This document shows positions 10,519 to 25,500 of a DNA stretch of 64,000 bases, piece by piece. Position 1 is the stretch's first letter; each line of letters begins with the position of its first letter. The notes below the pieces were generated by a model. It was not told where the DNA came from. It searched no databases and was given only the letters and a program-made list of their open reading frames with translations. The translations under genes were made by a program, and so were the position numbers. This DNA is from Antedon mediterranea (taxonomy: Eukaryota; Animalia; Echinodermata), in assembly GCF_964355755.1 (NCBI RefSeq), contig NC_092674.1, forward strand, positions 27,962,001-28,026,000. Reading direction: 5' to 3'.

Positions 10519-13500
10519 ATGCGATTTAACAGTAAGGAATTGATTAATGTAGCCATCCAGCCAGCCAAGTTCTTTACTAAAGAAGGCCCTCTTTACATCA
10601 GGAATGGAAATGGGGGTTGGTTACGCAAGTCTGAAGGTAAGAGTTTTTCAGGATTCTATATATATTTTTTTCTTTTTATTTTGGTAAGATAGGATAGACA
10701 GACTCCTTTTTCACTCAAGCTCCTGTGAATACTGTTCTTGCAAGCTCTCATGTGGGAGCTTAAAAGTGCTGGAGAATGGAGCCGTGTAAATGGTTCCTCT
10801 GCTTTTCTTTTTTTAGGATATTTTATGGATCAGTCTTTGTGTGTAAAGAATCTTGTTTTAAAAACATTTTAATTATTAAAAAAATTAAAAGAGCTTTAGG
10901 TTAATTTTTTATTTCATTTCTATTTCCGGGTCTGTCTAAATTCTAAATTGTAAATAATCTTTTTCGGGTCTGAGGCTTAGATATTTTCTCAGCTCCTGTT
11001 TTTTTGTTTTAATTTTTAAAGTTTTTACTTCCCTGATTGTTTGTTGTTGTTTTTTCATGTTTTTTCCCCTTCTTTCAGTTTTACATATCAGGATACCAGA
11101 TTTCGTATCTTTCCATATTTTTATTATTTTACAGTATGATTATTTATGTTTAGATAAAAAAGATAAATAATATATATTATTTATCTTTTTTATCTTATTA
11201 TTGTATTGTACATTAAACAAATAAGAAATATTAAATATTAATAATAAAAAAAAACATAAAATCCAAATTTTAGGATGGGATTAATTACCAACTGTACTGT
11301 ATCCAAGCAATACCAAAATGTTTATATTAAACATTTCACTGACAACATATGATTATGACTTCATATGAAAACTGGTTAAGCAAGCCTACTTTAATAATTA
11401 AGTAGTACAGTCATGACTATAATAGTATGGAAATAAATGTAGAGTGCTTTATTAACGTCAATTAATTTCTAAAATGTCAGAGTAGAGAGGAAATCACACT
11501 CTCTTAGGGCTAAGTATTAACTGTTGCTTCCCGTCTTATCAAGGCCTACTCTACGCTAGCATCTTTATTAACGTTTAAAATAATTATTTTTTTAACCTAG
11601 ATTTTACAGTCATGTAGCGAAAATCAAACTGGATCGCAATCCAATACAAAATGTTACTACATATATAGTATACTCATCTAAATAATATTTTTAATTTTAA
11701 TAAATCAAAATATTTCATTAAATGAATACAGTAAATATTTAATTAAAAAAATAAAAACTTCTGAAAAAATGTAGGCCTACTGTAGGACTGACATGAAATA
11801 TTTATTGCTTTAAAATACTATAAATATTTAGAACTTAATCTTCAGAACTACCATACAATACATTATTTAATATATTTAATTTAAATAATAACATTGTTTG
11901 TATACATAGCTAAAAAGTAAACAAAATATGTACAGTATACAGTATAACTGTACGTAGTATTAGAAATAATTATATACTGTACAGGTATTGTAAAATGGTT
12001 TCCTAAAACTAATAAAACAGTTGAATTCTAAAATTATAACTGTTTATAAATCTATGAATAGACTCATTGTATATAAATCTAAAGCTCTGTCTACTGTACA
12101 CTAGTATTACTGTAAACTAGTTTGACAAAAAATGTGATGTGTCCAAATATGGAAGTGATATGCACAAATATGATAGTGCTATGACATCATCATATCCATT
12201 TAATAGGCACATAAAGTGTGATAGTAGACAGAGCAATAGTAATTCTACTAATGGTAATTCTGTAATTTTTCAAAGAATTAAATGACGTTACTAGTCTATT
12301 ATGATACTAAAACCATTTAATAAGCCATATATACTGTAACATGCTATAATTAAAATATGAACATTATAAAACTAAACCAAATATTTGTTGAAAAGTGATA
12401 AGTAATAATTATACTGAGGCTGAGGTACTGGTATATTGTAAAATGTGTTGACCATGATTTCCTGGAACTAATATATAGTTTAACAACAGTTGAATTTCTA
12501 TAAATAAACACAACATTCATTCATTCACTATAGTCTATTTGCCTAAAGGCAGATTATGAAATATACTGTTGCTAAATCTATACAACTCATTGTATTCTAA
12601 ATCTCAATAGTTTTACTAAATCTGTACATTTTCAAAAATTGTTACAGATTCTAATGACTTAGTCTATTAGTATTATATTAATTTGTGTTTTAAACTCTAT
12701 ACAATGTATTAATAATATTACCTTTTTGTATTACCTTTTATTAGAGTAAAAATAACCACTGAAAGAAATTTGGTTAAGTTCAACTTTCACAATTAATTGT
12801 GGTTAAATTATTGAAAATTTAATTGTGTTCAAAAAGTGTTCAGTATAAATTAACTCTATATAAATTATAATGTACTTTTCTAGTTTCATAACAGTATTAC
12901 AAATTAGTTACACTAATTTCCTAATGGGTGTAATTAATAAATTATGTATTTCTGACTGTGAAATTTTATGTGACAAAAAACTGTGATGTGCCCATATATG
13001 GATGATCATCATATCACTACCATATTTGGGCATATCAATACCGTATTAAGGCACATCACACTTTTTTGTCAAACTAGTTTGATAGTGTACTATAGACAAA
13101 TCATGTCAAAATTATTCTACAGCAACTACATTTTTTTCTGAAACTATAATAACATATAAACAGTGTGTGTGATTACCCAAAAATGCTCAAAACAGGTTAT
13201 TAAACAGTAAACAAAATATAGTTACTGCAGTAATTGCAGTAGAATAATTTTAACATGCTCTCTCAATCATATGTGACAGCGCCATTTTTAAATTTAAAAT
13301 ATCAATGCATCTACAGTAACTACGACTTACTGTAGTTAAGCTATTCTTTTTTTATAGCTTTACTTTGAATACAGGAAAAGCATAGACTGTTAGGTTTCCT
13401 GTAGTTTACCAGTGTTTGTTTATATAATTACTTTGCTTGTTGCGGATGTCAAGTTCTTTCTCCACAAAGGCATGACATCATCAATTTCTTTACTTCTTGT

Positions 13501-16500
13501 TCTTGCATTAATGATGGCAATCCAGCTACAGTACACTATGTGGTTCTTTGGAATTATGTGATAGTGGAGATCTTATTATTTGTACCTAAAAATAGTAAAG
13601 AATATAAACCTATACTCCTGGTTCTGACTTGTATGCTGCTGTATGTATCATTGTATGGGACTGGCAGTGTGACTGACATCATTCCATGAGTGCCTGGTTT
13701 TGTCTGATGATGTCACTATTCCTTGTTCTATCTGAATACATTCAGAGGCCCCTGGTTTAGGGACCCTAAGTAGCTTTCGACATACAGTACTAATAATGCC
13801 TGTTTTTTTACACTGGGCCCTTTTATGCCCTGGGTTAGTGCTCATAAACTAGCTGTTATATCACTGATGATGACATGACACTACTGTAGTCTTCTTATTG
13901 CCACCTTCTTTCCGATTACTGTACATCACTATTCTCCCAGTATCGTATCCTTCCCTTCATCTGATAAAAGCTCTATTTTCTGTCATTCCCAATGATTGAC
14001 TGCTTTCTATTTTAAAGGTTAACATTATTAACGATGGTAATGTCCTATATTGATATCATGTCAGCGATTGCATTAATGACTCTGTGTTTAAACACTTTGA
14101 TATTTATATATTTTCAGTTTTAAATCTATCAAAATTCCTGATTTAATTGCAGTAACTACTGTAAAGCTCTGTTTACACTATCAAATTAGTGTGACAAAAT
14201 ATGGTAGTGATATGCCCGAATATGGTAGTGATATGCCCGAATATGGTAGTGATATGCCCGAATATGGTAGTGATGTCATCATGTCCGTATATGGGCACAT
14301 CACTATTTTTGTTGCATAAATTTTTATTTTTATTCACGTTCTGTAATTCTTTCCAGGATATCAGGAGAAATGGTGTCGTCTTCGTGGAAATTTATTATTC
14401 TATTTCAAAGGTCGTGACCTTTTGTCGGACCCTCAAGGAGTGATTGTTCTGGAGCAATGCTTCATTCAGGAGGAGTACCGGGAGATACAACCTCACGCAT
14501 TTTGTGTAGGTGAGTAAAGCAATACTCATTTTTAAGAATTTTTTGGTTGACAGTTTTCATTGTGAATCTTCATAGTCCCCCTACTCTGTGTAGTAGGAAT
14601 GAAGAAAATAATACTGAGGTTCTTCCTACCCTACTAGAGTCATCTGAACACTATTATTACAAATTAAACTAAAACATTTAGCCAAGTGGAGTGGGAAAAT
14701 TTGGTTTTTGCTAATAATACCATTTTATGAATGTGTAGCAATAATGTGGTAAACGATAAACTTGCTTTTGTACAGTATCAGCAGCGCACGTTCTTAAAAT
14801 GATGTGTTCATAATTTACAAGGCAATTCAAAACAAAAAGAAAAGTACCAAAACATACAAAAATTATAAATGACCAAAGATAAGATATACTTGAAACTCTG
14901 TGTTTTTCATGAAATCATTTTTTTTTTTCGTATAGTTTTTTAATCATATGTACTGTAAATGATAACTTGTGTAAATAGTTTTGTAGTAAGTAACGGCCTT
15001 GTAAAAAACACCAATATGGTGATTCAAGTGTTGCATCCGTTTTTAAATAAAGTTATTATTATTATATTATTATTATAATTATATAACATTAAAATTGTAA
15101 ATAAATAAGGAGCGAATTATACAAGTAAAATAAAATAGTAAAATAAAAATAATCAACAGTACAGTACTTAATTGTTATGATGGAGTATTTTGGCTACTAC
15201 CCTGGCAAAAATGTTCCCGGACCAAGCCTGCATTGCACCGTACTTAAGGAGATGTTGTTTCCTATTTAAAGAATCAGACACTGTACAGGCAACATAATTA
15301 CAATCTCATTTGTACAGTGTAGTATACATTCTAACAAAGATACAGGTTGGGTTTACCCTGGGAAGATTCCCTGCTTTGCTAAAGTGTACTTGAGTTATAA
15401 ACAAATCATACAGATCAAACAAGGAAGACTATTAAATTATGTCATTCAAAGCAAAGTTAATATTTAATTTGTGATATTTATCAATAATTGATTTTAGATA
15501 CAAAACATTCTCTGATAGTGTCCCAGATAGTCATTCTAAAAATAGCCACAATGAATGAAAAGGGGAAATACCCTTTTTGTGCAATTTGACATTTCATATT
15601 ATTACATTTTTGTTAAATATTACATTGTTTTCTTGCTCATTATTATATAGTAACTGTATATATGAAACTTCCATTGGAAGCTTCTGTACTACAGCATGAA
15701 ATTGTTTATCTTAAATTGTTTGTTACAGTTAGCTGGAACTTGAATGGACCCAAACCCTAACCCTACAGTAATTGGATTGCTGAGCCGGATCCTGAAAATA
15801 CTCTAATTTACTTTACACAAAATTAATATCTGTATTCCCACTCCACTGACACTGGTATTTCCTACCAGCCCACTAGGGCATCTCCCACCCACAGGGGTAT
15901 CCTCCACCCACAAGGATATCCTCCACCCACAAGGATATCCTCCACCCACAAGGATATCCTCCACCCAAAAAAAAAAAATCCTAACAAATTCTTTAATTTG
16001 ATAAATCTGGTTATTTTAGTCTTTGTAGGAGAGGAACACAACCAGTATTTTGCGGCACACTCAACTGATCAGCGTGATGAGTGGGTGGCGCTATTGCAGC
16101 AGGCGAGCTACGAAAGTTTACGTGGCCAGTTAAAGAGTCTGAGAGGTCAGTTAATAGCAAGGACAGGTCGTGACCCCATCAATGAACAGAGGCATGGTAT
16201 CCTAGATCTGGGCGATCCTATGGACCTACAGCAGGTTGAACCTATGCTGGAGATGTCACTAGGTTGGTTTTAAAACAATATATTAAAACATTAAATTTTG
16301 TTTCTATTCATTTATAATCACTTCTAATGCTTTTTTGTACAAGAAACAAAATCCACAGTAGTGAAGCTGTAGTTCGGTGGGTATCGTGCTTGCCTTCTAA
16401 TCCCAAGGTCCAGGGTTCAATCCTGACCTACAGTAGTGCCAGGGCTGTATCTCACGACTCTTTCAACTCCACTCCCTAGGCCTCAAATGAGACTTAGTTT

Positions 16501-19500
16501 ATAAGCACAATAAATTAGAAAAAAGTTTATCCATCCTGTAATTGGTGACTTACTCACTGTTGGATCCGTGTGAAATAAAAAATTACTAAATTTTAAAATA
16601 TATATGAGCTATTTTCTTCAATTTTCAGCTTGCTCAGATTTACCAAAAACCGTCTCAGGAAAAGCACCTAGTACATTTATTACAATAAGTGTTGTTACAC
16701 CCCCTGAAACGGAATGGACAAAATGTGGACAAACCGAGATTATCGACTCCAATTCCGATCCATTCTATCTTATGACCGTAGTCTTTGAAGCAAGCAGTCG
16801 TGTGTCTGTGATAACAAGATTACGCGCTACTTTATATGAAATACGAGAGAAACCAAATGGTGCTGTGAGTATTATAATATTTAACCATTACTATGGAACT
16901 CATCCATACTGTATACCAAAATATTTCGCCATATAGGAAGCTAACATACAACAAAATAAATTTTAAAGCAATGAGGCAGGGTTACCTGAATGTTATAACA
17001 ATTGTAATATAACAGTTGAGAGGCACTCCACATATAGGGAACACCCCAGTTAATGAACACTTTTCTGTGAAAAGATTCCTCAACCATATATGGTAACACT
17101 ACGGCCAACCCCTATTAAAGGGAACACTTTTAAAAGTAAAATTCACTTTTAGTAAACCTTCTTTTGACATAAATTGTAATTAAACATGGATATTTTTTTA
17201 ACTAGGTAATGCCAATGGGTAGTGCTCTGTGCTCATTTAGGGACATTGTCACGTCACCTGAAAACCGTCTAGAGTTAACCATTATGTCCGCTGACGGCAG
17301 GTCTATAGGTGGCACTATAACACTATTTCTTTGGGAGGTAAGTTGACATAAAAGGTGAATTATTTATCAATGTTATTTCTTGTTGCTTTGCCATTTTAAA
17401 AAATGTACCTTTTTGTCAGGTTTGCCTTTTCAGACATATTTCCAAGAAAGTGAAAAAATCATTTTTGGATTAATGTACAGAATTGTATTTTATTATATTG
17501 ATGACTATCTATAGAATAATGATTTGGTATTTCTTTCCAGCTGGACCTCCCAGCCCCACCAAAAAACACTACTATTCAAAAAGAGGTAGGTATAATATTC
17601 AACTATACATTATTAGTAAAGTGAAATAAATGTAATGGAACTAGTCATACAGTAGATGTAATTGTGCTGGGGGGAGGTGGGTGAAAGCATCCACCATAAA
17701 AGTCTTCACCCACCCTAAAGCTTAAGGTCTCCCACCCAGCCTACATAGCACCCAGCCAAGAAACCTCAGTGTACCTGCAAGTACTGTTCGTTCTCATCTA
17801 CTCTTTTAAACTTGCCCTATACATATTCTAGCTACATCCCTGACCAGTCTAGAATGTACTCTATGTCATGTGATCTAAATATCCCTGTCACCTGTCGGTG
17901 TCCTCCGCTCGATTCAGATTTGATTGGCTGTCATGAATTTCCATTCTTTCCACACTTTTCATAGCTCATTTTTGTCCATTCCATTCATAGCCTACCTCTG
18001 CCACTTTTTCCGTCTATTTTACCATCTAGTAGTTCCCTTTGAAGACATTTCTTCCTTATGAGATGACCAAAAAATTCTAGCTTTCTTTTCTTGATGATAT
18101 AACCTACATCCCTAACACCATATGTTTAAAGAAACTATTTTCAACAATAGGATAGATAGAACAAGAAAACTCCTGGAAAATATGTACCATACTACAAAAA
18201 AAAAGTTGTTATGTTAGAAGATGCGATAATAATTGTTTTTCGTCTTACACAGAAAAGTGTGACAAATTCTATACCTAGGCAGACTAGCACACGCAAGAAA
18301 AAGGCTTTGTCCCTAACTCAAGATAGCTTTTATAAAGCGCTGTACTGTTGTCCAATTAGTAAAACGTATCGTTACCCGAACACAGATGGAGCAATTGTGG
18401 TCGTACAGGAAATAATGGTTGAAAGTAAACTTAGTTTTAATCTGCCCCAGCAGCTTATGTAAGTATTGTAATAATTTTTCTCCGTCGTTATCAATAATAT
18501 TTATTGATGTTACACTTTCTAATTGTTTTTTCATTATCTATTTTTGTATATCTTAGAGCAAACATAATTTCTATGTATATTTAATATGCAAATGATAATA
18601 AATCGAAGTAATTTTTCACTAATAAATGAATGAAATATAATTACATTACATTTCAACTCTTTAGTATTAGTGTGTTTTGTAAATGTTGAATTATATTCAA
18701 TTTCACAGGATGTTATATTTACAAGAGGAAAAGAATTGGTTTGAAGAATTAGACCGTCTAGCTAATGTAAGTTTTTTTTTATTAATTATATATCAATTTT
18801 GTTCATGTAATGTATTATGCAAGTTTGGAAGTCATAAATAAAAAAAAAATAAAAAAACTTTGTTGTGCTATGGCTACCAAACATGCAAATTTGTTTTAAA
18901 CTCTATGCTTTAAAAACATTATTTATTCAGTTAATTTACAAATCTTTAAAATCAACTATTAAGAACCTGTTTAAAGCAATTTGTATCTCGTGAATAGATT
19001 ACAGCTTCCTGATGATAAACATAAACTGTCCCTCTAGCTGTCAATGCCAAGGTACCATTTGAAGGAAGTGTCAGGTCTCTCGGGCAGATGTTACGTCAAT
19101 GAACTGATCGGAGGTTTAATACTTCCTCTTCAAATGCATACTCGGTTTTAGAAACAGTTTTATTTGTGATAACAACCCTTAATATATGCAAGCTGTTATA
19201 TACATAATATTTCTTTATAATTTTTTTAAGTCATAATTTTATTATTAAATATTATTAATATATTTTTTTTTCTTTCTTATACAAATAAAAAGTGGAGTCA
19301 TAATATAGATTAATAATGAGATTATTTATTGAATTGTTTCTGATTGATTGAATGTGATCGATTTTGATTTGTTGATTTGAATTATTGTTGTCATCAGTTT
19401 TTGTTGTATATTTACTATTGATTACTATAAAATACTGTATAGGACATAAAACCTCTATGAATATTCATATTAATATGCAAATTATGCACCTTGTCAATGA

Positions 19501-22500
19501 TTTAAATAAAAACACCTGGACATACACAAGTGTTTACCAGGTGGTTTTCCAATGGTATTGGTAGGTGCAACATAAACGTGCTTGAAGCTGGACTTGGCTT
19601 GTAATGATACAAGGTCAAAGGTTATGGACAAGCATACAATAGTATACAATTAAATGAATTTTACCACTGAGATATTAAATCTCCCTGGTTTTACTGTGTT
19701 TTGTTTGAAATTGAATGGAAAATAAATGAAAATATTAATATAATTTTTTTAAAGCTAAACGAAGAATATGAAGCAGCCAGGAAGGAGGTTATAGCAGAAC
19801 ATGTTAAACTGAATGCAACGTATAGAGCAACATTAGAATTCTTTAAAAATTACAGAGGTTTGTAATAAACTCATTATAATACAAATACAAATCAAATATC
19901 TTTAATATGAATAGTCTATAGGGGTCTATAATCATCATTAATATAATAGTCAAATTGTTTTATGTATATCTTCAATATAAAAGTTAGAGAGACACACCCT
20001 TTGGCGATAGTTGTCTTTGACAGCCCTTGTCTCTCCTCAGTGTTCCCTTTTTAATAAAATAGGGTTTATATTTTTGGTATGTTTATAAGTTTGTATCATC
20101 ATTAATATAATAGGTGTATATTTTTAGCGTAATAGTCTATAGGGTCTTATCCATAATATACGGTCTATGTCTATATACCTGATTGACATTTTAGCCTTCC
20201 AGGCATGCACAAAATACAATTATTATCAACTCTAAGTACTTTTAAGTGTCTGTGTAAGTAATGTTGTAATTTAACTCAAGTGGTAGTGTAGGGTGTTGTA
20301 AAATGTGTGTTTTATTTTAAAAATCTATTGTCATTTATTTATTTTGTCTTTTTACTTCCCGTTTCTCAGGTGCTCAGTTTAAACGTAGTATGGACAAAAC
20401 CGACAAGCAATTAGAATTTGTTCCAACGAACCTTCACTTACAGATGTTAAAGGTCGAGGAGAATATGGCAGACGGTAGAGGTAATTAAGTAATTTAATTG
20501 CGTACAGCTTTTTAATGTTTACATGTATCGTGATTGAATGGTACTGTATACCATTCTGTAAATCAGTTTAAACTTAATCTCAAATTTGTCTGTAAGTGCT
20601 GTGAGACCTCACTTGGTAACGAACACCTCATAAATATTCAGATTATTTTTATAGTTTTAAATTTAAACAATGAAACAAAAATCTCCATTCTGTGCATGCA
20701 ATCTTTCTATGCCTACAAATAAATATGCTGATACTGTAAATATATTGAATAATACATACATTTGTTTAAAGGTCTGTCTACACTATCAAACTAGTTTGAC
20801 AAAAATGATGTTCCCAAATAGGGTAGTGAAATGCCCAAATATGGTAGTGATATGACATAATCATGTTCATATATGGGCACATCACAATTTTTTTGTCACA
20901 TAAAGTTTGATAGTGTAGACAGAGCTTTATTAGAAACACATTGAATTCCTGTAGTCATATACTTGTATGGTAGTTTCACTATTATTACTACTACATCTAA
21001 TTTTGTTTAGATGCTTCGTATGATATTGTCACATTTGGTGCACCAGCGGCTCACCCTCACAAGTTCCGTCATGGAGGCCTTCTCAAGTTACTACACAACA
21101 CTCCAGAGGAACATCAAAAGTGAGTTAACATTGTCTTTATTTTTTCTCCAAACTTGGTATAGGGTGTAGACAAGATTACCCAACCCCTTTTTAATCTCAA
21201 TTCTACCAATCTAGAAATCAGTCTTCATATTTTCATGCCTGAATAATTCCATCATTATATAATAGTCACTTTAAGTTGAGGTATTAAGCTCTGTCTACAC
21301 TATCCATAAAATGTGATGTGCCCATATATGCACATGATGATGTCATATCACTGCCGTATTTGGGCTTATCAACACCATATTTTGGCACATCATATTTTTT
21401 GTCAAACTATTTTGATATTGTAGACAAACTAAGTTTCATCATTGCTTGTATACTAATTTTAAAATACCATTTGTTATGAATAACTTTAGCATGTTGTATT
21501 TGCTAGTCAATACTAGAATATTTTATACTATTTTCAGTGCAATACGGCCACGGAGTCAGGTACCGAGCGCCAAAGATGCGAGTGGGCAGTTAAACACGAT
21601 CAAAGAGATCGTTGAACAACAACTAGACAAAGTAGTTACAGCTGCTAAAGACTATTCACTAGATGCTGTTAAATGTGTTTTATTAGTGCTCAATGAAAAG
21701 GTATGTAAATACTGTAAAAATAAATACTGTATGTATGTAAACAAGTGCCTTAAATGAATGCTGCCTTGCCATGTGTTCGTTAGAAAGAAATTGATCTAGT
21801 TAATACTGTAGACGTTTGTACCAAAATACCAAGATTCCCTACTAAATTCATTCATCTACGAAGACTTTTATTTAAACAGTACTTAATTAAAACCTTTTGT
21901 ATTTGCTTTCACACACACAAGAAATGTAGTTCAGACTAATTTTTGCTGAAGTAATAATTTAATAAACATTTTATTATTTAATATATTTTTATTTAAAGAC
22001 TGTAGATTTAATTTTCTTATTTCTATATTTTTTTACAATATTTTGTATGTTAATTCCAGCTTTGTAAAATAATAGGACACCATAGGTTGTGCTCTTGTGG
22101 CAGCACTGTTGTAAGTTATATGCAACAACATCATCATTTATCCCCTCAGCCTTCCTTTGCACAAATATTTCATTCTTTGTTTGGTGTTGGTTTTATTCAT
22201 CACAATATATATTTCAATATGTCCCGAGTTTCCCAGCTGTTTATGCAAACTTTCAAAACAATATGCATTTTTATCTCATTCATTCTATATATCCACCTGT
22301 CGTAGTTTTATCACTTTTGGTGTTTGTTTCACCCTACATCCTTTTGTAACTATGTTGGTATATGGTAGTGTAGTATCAATCTATCACCTTGTGAGCATCA
22401 ACTTATCACCTTGTGAGCATCAACTTATCACCTTGTGAGCATCAACTTATCACCTTGTGAGCATCAACTTATCACCTTGTGTATCCTCTATATGTATTGG

Positions 22501-25500
22501 TATCACCCTGCATATCCCCTTTTTGTAGTTCTATCACTTAATATTCTTATCTTATCACAAATTGTGTTGGTTCCATATGCATTATAATATTGGTAGTACA
22601 GTAGAAGGATGAAGACCCAACAAAGTGTCCCTTTAAAGGGCCTTTCACACCTGTTCCGGCACGGTTCCGGTCCGGCGAATCGAACGCCAATGTTTCGTTT
22701 TCACGACGCTCCACGCGGCCAAGCACCAATCGATATGCGTGTAGCCGCGTAAAAACGAAACACTAACGTTCGATTGGATTTGCCGTCGCCGGACCGGAAC
22801 CGTGTCCCCTTAATAGAGGTATTTCTCCTGGAAAAATAGGGATGTCTCAAAGGAAGTGTTCTACTGTATGACATTGGTATGATAGTAGTGTAGCATCATA
22901 TATTATGTAGTGTCACTTGTATCATCTATTTATAGTGTTATCACCTTCTTATCACAATGGTGTTGGTATGCTATCACTTTTTAAATTAATACATTAATTA
23001 GTATTCTTAATTATTTAATCAGTCATCTAGATATTATGCCATAAAGCATTCCTCAAATTGTCTTGCCTCAGCCCCAAAAAGTAGTATGGTCACTACAAAA
23101 ATCAGTTTTACTCTTCCTTAAGCCCAATTTCCACTAGGCAAATTTGTTCGCGCGAATCAAAAGCGTTAGCTTATACGCATACATAGAGGGAGATTTGAGG
23201 GATTGAAACATGAATTTGCATGCGTATAAGCCGACGCTTTCGATTCCCACGAACAATTTTGCTAAGTGTAAAATCGGCTTTACTGACAATCAGCTAGTGA
23301 TATACACATACTCTCTCACTTGCTATGGTTATTTGACAGCTGCAAGAGTTCTTGATAACGTGTGACACTGCGTATTTTGAAACGACGTACACATCGTACA
23401 AGAGCGCCCTGGAGCCGAAGCGAGGGGCGATAAATGGTAGTGAGACAAGTAGTATTCTATCTGCAGAATCTACACATTCAAAAATAGTTACCCCAGAAGA
23501 TAAATGGACATTCGACGGGGTAGGGTTTGTTAAAATTGATGCAGAGGAAAGAGGAAAACCTGGTACATGGGTAGGTACATTTATTTTAGGGTGTTTTTTA
23601 CTGTATAAATTATCAATTGAGTACATATTAGTGGAGCTGTAGCTTGGTGGTTAACATGCTTGCCTTTCAATCTCAAGGTCCAGGGTTCAATCCTATCCTA
23701 GTGCCAGGGTTCAATCCTGACCTAGTGCCAGAGTTGTAACTCACGACTCTTTCAACTTCACTCCTAAGCCTCAAATGAGACTTAGTTTATAGCACAATAA
23801 TTGAAATAAATAAATATCTTCATACAGATCAAGATCAGGTAAGGCATCCAGTCGGCCTAGGCCTCCTAAATTTATTTTAAAATGTAGTTCAAACGGTTGG
23901 ACAGATTTCATGCCCCATTTTCTTTAAATCCTGGATATATCATGTGTATGATATCAGGTTACTGATTTGATATACCTTTATTTATTTTAGCAAGGGATGA
24001 AACACCAAATAGAAGATTGTTTTGAAGTGCTACAACAAAGCGTTGAAATGCTGCCTCACAACGCCACCGCCACAGAGCGTTGTCACGCCACAGTCAGTTC
24101 AGTGCAGACGTTACGAGACGCGGTTAATCATCTGCATACTCAGGCTAGAATTAGTATTTCTTTCACTAGGATGAAGGTAAGAGTTATAGTTGCAAAATTG
24201 CAATCAATTATTTTATATGACCAATAAAGTAAAAAATCAGTCCTTTCAAGCCCACAACATTTTTTAAGTACAGTAATATGTATACATTTGAAATTGATTG
24301 TTGATTTTTGTTTATTTCAGGAAGAGCATAGCAACCTCGCATTCAATATGGCATTGAAATATCGGAGAGATGTTGCCTTCTCTCAAGCCGTAAGTGTGTA
24401 CTAAATAATGTGGATGAAATTGTTACACATGTCATAATTAAGACATTTCTGGTATAGCACATAATTTTATCTTAACGAGAGAATATTCAGTTGAAACTTA
24501 GGATTTTTTGAGAAATGTTTGATTATTTGTTTAGTTGACTGCGGCTACATGTGGAGTGATAGCCAAGTTACGCCAGTGCATTGACCAGAAGGGCTTTGTA
24601 CGGCAGTTACGGACTATTGGTATGATAGTGCACTTTGAAAGCCTACTCAGTACATACGGTAAGATTGAGTCGTAACGACTGATTTTGAATCACATCTCCT
24701 TTCATTTGGAGTCTACATTTAGTAGCTAGACTTGTGTTGGCTGTGATGACTTCTAATCCAGGCCTCAGAAAGTGATCGTTGGAGGAAGGATTAATTAGTA
24801 TACAAATAATGAATGTTATGAGTGGAATGTTACAAATAATGCCATGAGTTGAATAGTGCTATTACTTTCTTAACCAAATCACAAAGGCATGAAATATTGG
24901 ACTTCTACATTTAATATTTCATTTATTTTATTTTCCTTTTTTGAAATAGGAGAGGAAATGGGAATGCTTGAAGACATGACTGTTGCTATTAATGATTTAA
25001 ACAAAGTAACTTTTCATGTTCGTGAAATGTCTAATCCAGAGGGCGACCCAACACCCACAGTAACTGGCGACAGGTGAGAAAATAACAAACTCTGTCATAA
25101 TTACTTGACTCGCACAATATTTAATATCATAAAGCTCTGTATACACTATCAAACTTTATGTGACCAAAAAATGTGCCAATATATGGACATGATGATGTCA
25201 TACCACTACCATATTTGGGTATATCACTACCATATTTGGGCACATCACACTTTTTTTGTCAAATTACTTTGATAGTGTAGACTGAGCTGTAGTTATTCTT
25301 GATATTTAACCGAGGGCTTCACCTATTGCGAACACTCTAACAAATTGGCACTATCATACTTAAATTAATTGTAACCTTGATATTTTTCAGGAGTAAAGTA
25401 ATAGTAAATGTTCCCTTGTCATCTGCAATGTGTTCAAAGGTTTCTGCTGAACTTTTTCACAACTTCCAGTTTAAAGTTGTACCAATCATATTCAGTGTTG

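Noticed and set aside
14201-14443. MVVICPN-repeat ORF (and 37059-37301)
   Set aside because: Translation of the internal 21-bp repeat of MITE family 1; the real INPP4 exon at 14357 is in another frame.
16361-16440. tRNA gene
   Set aside because: A and B boxes are present, but there is no convincing acceptor stem and the sequence continues into a body shared with a second copy, so it is a SINE.
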